NCBI GenBank assembly: GCA_965237955.1
Contig: OZ250169.1
Coordinates: forward strand, 4,256,001 to 4,320,000
Direction: 5' to 3'
From: Candidatus Marinacidobacterales bacterium
GTDB lineage: Bacteria; Acidobacteriota; Vicinamibacteria; Marinacidobacterales; SMYC01
DNA length: 64,000 nucleotides
In this document: positions 56,798 through 64,000 of the stretch, piece after piece
Position numbering within the stretch: the first letter of the stretch is position 1
How the letters are laid out: every line of letters begins with the position of its first letter
Position numbers and translations under genes: made by a program
Notes under the pieces: generated by a model
The model's database searches: none
What the model was told of the DNA's origin: nothing
The model's input: only the letters and a program-made list of their open reading frames with translations

Positions 56798-58708
56798 ATG
56801 AGCAAGATCATCGGTATCGACTTGGGTACCACCAACTCCGTGGTTGCGATTATGGAGGGTGGCAGCCCGTCGGTGATCACGAATCCGGAAGGCGGGCGCA
56901 CGACACCTTCGGTGGTCGCTTTTGCCAAAGGCAACGAACGGCTCGTGGGACAGGTCGCCAAGCGGCAAGCCATCACCAACCCGGAGAACACGATCTTTTC
57001 GATCAAGCGTTTCATGGGACGTCGTTTCGACGAGGTCTCCGAAGAGATGAAGATGGTCCCGTACACAGTGCTGAAGGCCGACAACGGCGACGCACGTGTG
57101 GACATCAAAGGTCACCAGTTCTCACCGCCGGAAATCTCCGCGATGGTGCTGCAGAAGCTCAAGCAGGCGGCCGAGGACTACCTCGGCACCAAAGTCGAAA
57201 AAGCGGTCATCACCGTCCCGGCTTATTTCAATGACAGCCAGCGCCAGGCGACCAAGGACGCGGGCGAGATCGCGGGCCTCGAAGTCATGAGACTCGTCAA
57301 CGAGCCCACCGCCGCGGCGCTCGCCTATGGCCTCGACAAAAAGAAAGACGAGAAGATCGCCGTCTTCGACTTCGGTGGTGGCACGTTCGACATCTCGATC
57401 CTCGAAGTCGGCGAAGGCGTCGTGGAAGTGAAGTCGACGAACGGAGACACGCATCTCGGTGGTGACAACGTCGACCAGAGGATCATCGATTGGCTCATCG
57501 ACCAATTCGCGAACACCGCGGGCATCGATCTCTCCGAAGATCGCATGGCTTTGCAGCGTCTCAAGGAAGCCGCTGAAAAGGCGAAGATTGAGCTGTCGTC
57601 GACGATGGAGACCGAGATCAACTTGCCGTTCATCACCGCGGACTCGACTGGGCCGAAGCACATGTCCGAGCGTCTGACCCGCTCGAAGCTCGAGCAGTTG
57701 ATCGACGACCTGCTCCAGAGAACGATCGCGCCGTGCAAGCAAGCGATCGAAGACGCGGGGCTCAAAGCCTCCGAGATCGAGGAGGTTGTCCTCGTGGGCG
57801 GCTCGACCCGCATGCCGAAAGTCCAGGAGATAGTGAAGGAGCTGTTCGGCAAGGAGCCCCACAAAGGCGTGAATCCCGACGAGGTCGTGGCCCTCGGCGC
57901 CGCCGTGCAAGCGGGCGTTTTGGGTGGTGAAGTCAAAGACCTGTTGCTCCTCGACGTCACCCCTCTGTCTCTCGGGATCGAGACCCTGGGCAACCTCACC
58001 ACCAAGCTCATCGAGCGCAACACGACCATTCCGCACAAAAAGAGCGAAGTGTTCTCGACCGCGTCCGACAACCAAACCCAGGTCGAGGTCCACGTCTTGC
58101 AGGGTGAGCGGACGATGGCAGGGGACAATCGGACCCTCGGGCGTTTCCACCTCGTCGGCGTCCCCCCGGCTCCGAGAGGCGTCCCTCAGATCGAAGTGAC
58201 TTTCGACATCGATGCGAACGGCATCTTGAACGTTTCTGCGAAGGACATGGCGACCGGCAAGCAGACTGCGATCACGATTACTGCTTCCAGCGGGCTGGGT
58301 GAGCAAGAAATCGAGCAGATGCGCAAAGCCGCCGAGCTCAACATCGAAGACGACAAAAAACGCCGCGAGCAAGTCGAGGAGAAGAACGAGACCGACAACC
58401 TCGTTTACCAGACCGAGAAACTTCTCGCAGAGCATCGCGACAAGATCCCGGAGGAAGACGCGAAGCAGATCGAAGCTGCTCTCGAAGACGCCAAAAACGC
58501 CGTCAAAGAAGCCGACATCCAGGCGGTGAGAAACGCCAAGGAAGTGTTGCAAAAAGCGAGCTATCGTCTCGCGGAGTTCATGTACAGCCAAGCCGGAGCC
58601 GAGGGCGCCGAGGGTGGTGCGCCTGGAGCGGGCGCAGGTGGCGGCGGGCCAGCAAGTGACGATGACGTGATCGATGCGGAAATCGTCGACTCCGAGGAGA
58701 AGAAGTAG
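56798..58708 (+). CDS. dnaK: Chaperone DnaK
   Basis: Motifs are [39 protein letters not shown] and [15 protein letters not shown]. Confidence 0.99.
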   Translation: MSKIIGIDLGTTNSVVAIMEGGSPSVITNPEGGRTTPSVVAFAKGNERLVGQVAKRQAITNPENTIFSIKRFMGRRFDEVSEEMKMVPYTVLKADNGDARVDIKGHQFSPPEISAMVLQKLKQAAEDYLGTKVEKAVITVPAYFNDSQRQATKDAGEIAGLEVMRLVNEPTAAALAYGLDKKKDEKIAVFDFGGGTFDISILEVGEGVVEVKSTNGDTHLGGDNVDQRIIDWLIDQFANTAGIDLSEDRMALQRLKEAAEKAKIELSSTMETEINLPFITADSTGPKHMSERLTRSKLEQLIDDLLQRTIAPCKQAIEDAGLKASEIEEVVLVGGSTRMPKVQEIVKELFGKEPHKGVNPDEVVALGAAVQAGVLGGEVKDLLLLDVTPLSLGIETLGNLTTKLIERNTTIPHKKSEVFSTASDNQTQVEVHVLQGERTMAGDNRTLGRFHLVGVPPAPRGVPQIEVTFDIDANGILNVSAKDMATGKQTAITITASSGLGEQEIEQMRKAAELNIEDDKKRREQVEEKNETDNLVYQTEKLLAEHRDKIPEEDAKQIEAALEDAKNAVKEADIQAVRNAKEVLQKASYRLAEFMYSQAGAEGAEGGAPGAGAGGGGPASDDDVIDAEIVDSEEKK

Positions 58709-58714
58709 AGCAGG

Positions 58715-59866
58715 ATGTCACGTCACGATTACTACGTACTGCTTGGCGTGGAAAAGTCCGCCTCGAAGTCGGAGATCCGCCGCGCGTTCCGGAAGCTGGC
58801 GCGCAAGTACCATCCCGACATCAACCCCGGGGACAACGTCGCCGCGGTGCGCTACCAGCGAATCTACGAAGCGTTCGAGGTGCTCACCGATTCGGGTCGG
58901 CGCGAGCACTACGACCGTGTCGGAGTGCAGGCGGAACCGGCCGGACGATCGGAGCCGACGCGCTACGGTTTCGAAGGTTTCGATTTCTCGCTTCCGGGAG
59001 AACGTGAAGTCGACATCTTCCCCGACTTGTTTCGGCGCCCCGCTGCCGCTCCCGATCGTAGCCGCCTCGATGGCGAAGACATTCACCATCGATTGAGTAT
59101 TTCGTTCGAGGAGTCGTTGACCGGGCAAGTGAGCACGTTTCGGCTCGCACGGCACGTGTCCTGTGAGACGTGTGAGGGCTGGGGCGAAATCCCAGCGCGC
59201 GAGCCGCGCGCGTGCGCGCGGTGCAACGGGCGCGGTCGGGCCACGCAAGTCCGCGGTTTCATGCTGTTCGCGAAACCTTGCGCCCACTGCCAGGGCTCGG
59301 GCATGGTGTCCCGCGAGCGTTGCCCGGATTGTGCCGGTGCCGGCCGCATGCCCGAATCGCACTCGGTCTCGGTCGATATTCCCGCGGGCGTCGCCGACGG
59401 GGACAAGCTCTCTTTGCCGGGGTTGGGGGGGCAAGGTCGCGGTTCGGGACGTCCGGGCGATTTGTACGTTCACATCCACGTCCAGGAGCATCCGTTTTTC
59501 ACGCGCAAGGGCGACAACCTGTTTTGCACGGTTCCGGTTACGTTCGCTGAAGCGGCGCTCGGTGCCAAGATCGATGTTCCAACCCCCGATGGCGGCGCGG
59601 TGACGCTGAGGGTGCCCGCGGGGGTGCAGTCGGGACAGAAGCTTCGGTTGTCGGAGCGTGGCGCAACCTCCCGCCGAAGGGCCGGGAGCCGGGGCGATCT
59701 GTTCGTCGTGATCCAGGTGGTCACGCCGACGGTCTACGATGACCGTTCGCGCGACCTTCTGCGCGAGCTCGATCGTATCAATCCGTCCGAGCCGAGAGCC
59801 GGGCTCGGCAGGCCGAGCGAACCTAGAGCGGGGCTCGGAAAGCGCGGTGAGGAGGTCTCGCGGTGA
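58715..59866 (+). CDS. dnaJ: DnaJ co-chaperone (type I)
   Basis: It has a J domain with YHPD, four CxxCxGxG repeats and the C-terminal domain. Confidence 0.93.
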   Translation: MSRHDYYVLLGVEKSASKSEIRRAFRKLARKYHPDINPGDNVAAVRYQRIYEAFEVLTDSGRREHYDRVGVQAEPAGRSEPTRYGFEGFDFSLPGEREVDIFPDLFRRPAAAPDRSRLDGEDIHHRLSISFEESLTGQVSTFRLARHVSCETCEGWGEIPAREPRACARCNGRGRATQVRGFMLFAKPCAHCQGSGMVSRERCPDCAGAGRMPESHSVSVDIPAGVADGDKLSLPGLGGQGRGSGRPGDLYVHIHVQEHPFFTRKGDNLFCTVPVTFAEAALGAKIDVPTPDGGAVTLRVPAGVQSGQKLRLSERGATSRRRAGSRGDLFVVIQVVTPTVYDDRSRDLLRELDRINPSEPRAGLGRPSEPRAGLGKRGEEVSR

Positions 59867-60285
59867 AAAGGAGCGCCACGCCGGAGCAAGACGGGCCGCG
59901 CAATCGAGGCAAAGGCAAGGGGTACTACATGATCAGCGCGGTGGCCGAGACCTATGGGATTCATCCGCAGACCCTCCGCCTGTACGAGCGCGAAGGACTC
60001 CTCTGCCCCTCCCGCACCGAGGGCAACACGCGCCTGTATTCCGAAGAAGATCTCCGTCAGCTCGAGACGATTCTAAACATGACCCGGGATCTCGGCGTCA
60101 ATCTCGCCGGCGTCGAGATCATTCTCAACATGCGTCTCAAAATGGAAAAAATGCAGTGTGAGATCAGCGAGTTTATAGAGTATGTTCAACGTGAGATTGG
60201 GAAACAGGAAGAGGGCTGGAAGGATCGCGTCCAAAACGCGCTCGTACGGCTTCCCCCCCGTGATCTCGTGAAGAAAGAACCGTGA
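59863..60285 (+). CDS. hspR: MerR-family heat-shock repressor HspR
   Basis: It reads YMISAVAE..GIHPQTLRLYEREGL..P.RT.G..RLYS...LGVNLAGV and follows dnaJ. Confidence 0.9.
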   Translation: MKRSATPEQDGPRNRGKGKGYYMISAVAETYGIHPQTLRLYEREGLLCPSRTEGNTRLYSEEDLRQLETILNMTRDLGVNLAGVEIILNMRLKMEKMQCEISEFIEYVQREIGKQEEGWKDRVQNALVRLPPRDLVKKEP

Positions 60286-61100
60286 GTAGCTCCCACGAAC
60301 AAGCCGAGAGACCTCAGGGAACCTCCCAAGTGTGTCCCGAGTGCGATGGAACGTCCTGGAGACGGACCGTCGTCGACGGAATCTCGCGCGTCGCCCGGTG
60401 TAGCTGTTGGGTCGGGGATCGGGAAGAGTCGGTCATGGCCAAGGCCGGCGTTCCCAGCCGCTACCTGGAGTGTGCGCTCGATGCGCGCACCGGGGGCAAC
60501 GAGTTCTTCCGTCTCAAGTCGAGTCTGGAGCGCGCTCACAAGATCTCGGAGCGCTGGGCGGATAGTTTCCCCGACTCCGAGGCCGGTCTTCTTTTCAGCG
60601 GCCCGCCGGGAGTGGGAAAGACGCATCTGTCGGTCGGGATTCTCCGGCGCATCCTCCTCGAGCGGAAGATCGCCGCGCCCGCGCTCTTTTGCGATTACCG
60701 ATCGCTACTGCGGGAGATCAAAGGCTCGTACCACCCCGATACACCCGAATCGGAGATGCAGATCTTGAGGCCGGTGCTCGAGGCCGAGCCTCTCGTGCTC
60801 GACGACCTCGGTGGGGAGAGCCCGACCCTTTGGGTCCTCGACACCTTCTTTCACATTCTCAACCGTCGCTACAACGAAAAGAAGCTCACCATCATCACCA
60901 CGAATTACTCGGACCGTCCGATGAAGGCGGGCCCGGTCCGCGTGTCCCGGAGCTCCCAGCGGATGGGTGGTCGAGAAGACACTCTCTCCGATCGCGTCAC
61001 CGCCCGTCTGCGGTCGCGTCTTTACGAGATGTGTCGGGATGTGCGTATCGATGGGGACGATTATCGCCAGAGTGCGGTGCAGGCTAACTTCACAAGTTGA
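60282..61100 (+). CDS. DnaC/IstB-like AAA+ ATPase with an N-terminal Zn finger
   Basis: Motifs are CPEC..G...RCSC, GPPGVGKTHL, LVLDDLG, IITTN, RLRSRLYEM and GDDYR. Confidence 0.88.
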   Translation: MSSSHEQAERPQGTSQVCPECDGTSWRRTVVDGISRVARCSCWVGDREESVMAKAGVPSRYLECALDARTGGNEFFRLKSSLERAHKISERWADSFPDSEAGLLFSGPPGVGKTHLSVGILRRILLERKIAAPALFCDYRSLLREIKGSYHPDTPESEMQILRPVLEAEPLVLDDLGGESPTLWVLDTFFHILNRRYNEKKLTIITTNYSDRPMKAGPVRVSRSSQRMGGREDTLSDRVTARLRSRLYEMCRDVRIDGDDYRQSAVQANFTS

Positions 61101-61135
61101 TCAGCATCCAGCATTCAGCATCCAGCATCCAGTTC
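61101..61135 (+). repeat. Heptamer tandem repeat (YCAGCAT)x4-5
   Basis: It reads tcagcat ccagcat tcagcat ccagcat ccagttc immediately after a stop codon. Confidence 0.8.
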
Positions 61136-61392
61136 AAACCAAGCCGTGCCTTTTAGGGGCGCTGGCGTGTGGGCCCTTAGGCTGAGTTCTTGCCATTGTT
61201 GCTGCTGCAATAGAACCTCCCTTGCCCCTCTGCAGCGGGGACGGGCAAGGGCAGGGGCAGGGGGTGAATCAGGTGCGGTTGTTGACACAGAGCTCGGCTC
61301 TGAGGTATGAAACAACTGCAAGCTTATTTCATTTATAATATAGCGGTTGGGGAGCGCTGGCCCGGCGCCTGTTGGGCTGGTTTGAGTGCGTC

Positions 61393-64000
61393 ATGGAGTC
61401 GATCGAGTACAGGGATTTACTCGTTGCGGTGTGGGCCCACGAGACCCCGGGGTTTTTCTGCGCCAAAGCCGAGGACGAGTTCGGCCGCACGACACCGACC
61501 GTCCGCATCTACCTTCCTTTCGACGACCGCTGGTTTGTTCAGTTCGCTGACAGCCTGGAAGAGCTTAGCTCGAAAGAGCTTCACTACGTCGGTGCCCGGC
61601 TGTTCGACTCCCTGTTCCAAGGCGAGATTCTCCGCCTCTACGTCCACTTGCTGGAACAGGTCCGCAATACGGGCGCGAGGCTGCGCGTTCGACTGAAGAT
61701 CGAGCCGCCCATCGTCGCCCGGCTTCCGTGGGAGTGTCTCTACGACACTCGAAGCCGGACGTTTTTCAGCGTCTCGAACGATGTGACCCTGGTCCGCTAT
61801 CGGCAGCCGCGCGCGATGGAACCGCCGTCGGTCCCTGGCCGACTGCCCCTTCGGGTGTTGTTGGCCGCCGAATCGCCCCAGCCCGGCACGCCGTCGCGCG
61901 AAGCACGCGAGGCTCGGGTGGCGCGGCGCGCTCTAGCCGAGCTCGCCTCCGATGGTATCGTCACCGTCGGTGAAGCCGGCACCGAGCTCGGCGAAGATCC
62001 GTTGACCGCCGACTCACTCGCTTCGATCCTCTCTAGAAACTACGACGTCGTTCACCTCATCTGTAGCGCCGAGTGGGATGGTGAGACAGCACGCCTGTTG
62101 CTCGGCGGTGACGGGATGTCGCTGGACGCATTTGCACGCGCCTTCGAGCCCGTTAACGCATGCTTGCTCGTGTGGAGCGGCGGACCCAAGACCGGCGTGG
62201 TCTCGCCGAGCTTGGCCGATAGGCTGTTGGATTTTGTGCCCGCACTGCTCAGCCAGCGGCTGAGCATGCCGGAAGAGCTCCTGGTCAGCTACACGAGTGC
62301 CCTCTACCGTTCGCTCGGTGCGTTGAATCCGGTCGACGCTGCTCTCGCGGATGCCGGAAACGCTGTTCTCACCCATTTTCCAACCGAGAGCGAGTGGGTG
62401 GCGCCATCGTTGTACCTGTCGCGGAAAGACGCCAACATCCTCCACAGCCCGACGCGCGGCACCATCACCGACGTGTATCAAATCTCGGAGGGTCGCTACC
62501 GCCGCAGTCTCCGGGAAAGCCTCAACCGGTTCTGGCCGAAGCCGGAACGGTATTTTCCCCAGCTTGCGAGATGGCTGCCTCACGGCGAGCCACTCGTCGG
62601 GCTAGCGCACGCGGCCGAATTCCTCGGACATCCTCAGAGTGCCGCCGATCTCACCCGCCGTTTCCAGCGGTTGTTGCTCTTCGGCGAGGCAGGCTCGGGC
62701 AAGAGCATGGCGCTCTACCGGTTGTTCTACGAGGCGGCGCAGGCGATCCTCTCGTACGAAACAAAATCGCCGCTTCCGATTTACCTGTCGCTTCCGGATC
62801 TCGCTGACTCTGCCGATCTCGAAGAGCTCCTCGCGTCCGGCTTCGACCGGGATCTGTTCACCAGCGATCTGGAGGAAGGCCGTTTTCTGTTCCTGCTGGA
62901 TTCGCTCGACGGTTTGAGTGCGCACGCGACCTCGCGTCGCGCCGAAGCGCTCAATGCGTTCATGCGTCGTTACCCTTTGAACAGCTTCGTCGTGACCGCG
63001 AGACGCCCGAGCCCGAAGCCGGTCGAGATCCCGAACTGGGCCGAGATGTTGCCCTTCGCCGAGTGGGAGGCGCTGGACTTTCTCGTCGCCGACGGAGGCA
63101 TCCGAGCGGAATCGGCGAAAGTGTTGTACGAGCAGTTGGTGCAAACGCACGGTGCGCGCGTCGGGAACCCACAGCTTCTCGCTCTGGCGCGACGCCTCTA
63201 CCGCGAAGGCGCCCGCGTCCCGTTAAGTTTGACGGGTACATTCGAAGCCTTCTTTCGCGTCGCCGGTCAATCGATCGCTCCCGAGACTCGTGAGAATCTG
63301 TTACCGCAGCTCGCTTTTTTCATGAGCCAGCGCGATCGCCTCTCGCTCCGAAGAGAGCACCTCGAACAACGCCGGCGCCGGAGCGGCGTGGCCGGTTTGG
63401 CTCTCGAAGTTGCGTTCCGCAGCACCGGCGCCATGGGTGCGGACGATCTTCTTGCCGAAGTCGAAAAGACGCGGCTGCTCCGTGGGCCGGAGGCGTTTAC
63501 GTTCCCGAACCTCGCGTTTCAGGAGTTCTTGACGGCGTATGCGCTCCGTCACACCGCGCCGAACACGATTCTGAATCTGGTACAGCCTGCTGATTGGCGT
63601 TATCTCGATGGCGGCTCGACACGTCCTTTGAACTTAAGCCGTGGACCCTTTCATGGTGCTCTGCCGTTTCTCTGTGGCTTACGAGAAGATGGCCCTCGAC
63701 TCGTCAAAGCTCTCGTGGGACGTGATCTCGTCCTCGCGTCGCAGTGTTTCCCGGAGTCGCGCACGTCGACGACTCTCGACCTCATGCTGCGGGCGGCGGT
63801 CGAGCGCGAGCTCGATGACGGCGACGAGCTGCAGGCGGCTGTGGCCGTTTTGAGCCTCGAGGCACGAGCCGATGGTTGGGCGAGCGACTGGCTCGAGCAG
63901 CTCGCGACCGAACCCGGGAGCCCGGTGCGGGTACTCTCGCTCGAAGCGCTCGGCAACTTGCGCTCTCTCGGGAGCGTTTCGGTGCTCGAGACCGCTGTCG
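61393..64000 (+). CDS. CHAT (caspase-like, degenerate) - NACHT NTPase - HEAT-repeat protein, 3' end outside the window
   Basis: The frame is open for 869 codons from the ATG at 61393. It has VGARLFDSLF, RLRVRL..ARLPWECL, PLRVLL, DVVHL, Walker A GEAGSGKS (62683), Walker B FLFLLDSLD, VVTAR, NPQLL, F.NLAFQEFLTA and VRVLSLEALGNL. Confidence 0.85.
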   Translation, partial: MESIEYRDLLVAVWAHETPGFFCAKAEDEFGRTTPTVRIYLPFDDRWFVQFADSLEELSSKELHYVGARLFDSLFQGEILRLYVHLLEQVRNTGARLRVRLKIEPPIVARLPWECLYDTRSRTFFSVSNDVTLVRYRQPRAMEPPSVPGRLPLRVLLAAESPQPGTPSREAREARVARRALAELASDGIVTVGEAGTELGEDPLTADSLASILSRNYDVVHLICSAEWDGETARLLLGGDGMSLDAFARAFEPVNACLLVWSGGPKTGVVSPSLADRLLDFVPALLSQRLSMPEELLVSYTSALYRSLGALNPVDAALADAGNAVLTHFPTESEWVAPSLYLSRKDANILHSPTRGTITDVYQISEGRYRRSLRESLNRFWPKPERYFPQLARWLPHGEPLVGLAHAAEFLGHPQSAADLTRRFQRLLLFGEAGSGKSMALYRLFYEAAQAILSYETKSPLPIYLSLPDLADSADLEELLASGFDRDLFTSDLEEGRFLFLLDSLDGLSAHATSRRAEALNAFMRRYPLNSFVVTARRPSPKPVEIPNWAEMLPFAEWEALDFLVADGGIRAESAKVLYEQLVQTHGARVGNPQLLALARRLYREGARVPLSLTGTFEAFFRVAGQSIAPETRENLLPQLAFFMSQRDRLSLRREHLEQRRRRSGVAGLALEVAFRSTGAMGADDLLAEVEKTRLLRGPEAFTFPNLAFQEFLTAYALRHTAPNTILNLVQPADWRYLDGGSTRPLNLSRGPFHGALPFLCGLREDGPRLVKALVGRDLVLASQCFPESRTSTTLDLMLRAAVERELDDGDELQAAVAVLSLEARADGWASDWLEQLATEPGSPVRVLSLEALGNLRSLGSVSVLETAV

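Noticed and set aside
60282-61100. IS21 element or prophage replication module
   Set aside because: There is no IstA transposase, terminal repeat or phage gene nearby, and the gene is coupled to hspR.

Overview
This is a GC-rich chromosomal window, most likely from an Acidobacteriota genome. That assignment is an inference from the DUF4388/J/TPR proteins, the FecR-DUF6600 protein, the CarboxypepD-type TonB receptor and the dnaK-dnaJ-hspR operon. Housekeeping content includes galT-galK, mtaB, nrdJ with tandem NrdR boxes, sppA, fxsA, and dnaK-dnaJ-hspR followed by a DnaC/IstB-like ATPase. Metabolic content includes a proline/hydroxyproline-type cluster (AcnX, NSS transporter, Tat-signal FMN hydroxy-acid oxidase, PRODH, DapA-like, OCD-like, LarA, FAH) and a lactate permease. 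Mobile and decay features are abundant: IS110, a complete IS5 with no target duplication, IS630, an IS5 remnant, a 125-bp MITE, an ORF-less group II intron remnant, REP-like repeats, gene-fragment mosaics and many pseudogenes. The best candidates for uncharacterised systems are (1) a pseudo-caspase (CHAT)-NACHT-HEAT NLR-like gene missing from the ORF track, (2) an Omp85 gene coupled to a secreted atypical kinase, (3) a ferritin-like/DUF362 + CrtI-like + hydrolase operon, (4) the hydroxyproline-type cluster, and (5) the DnaC-like ATPase inside the HspR heat-shock operon. No CRISPR array, tRNA or rRNA was seen. All family calls come from motif recognition by eye, not from database searches.
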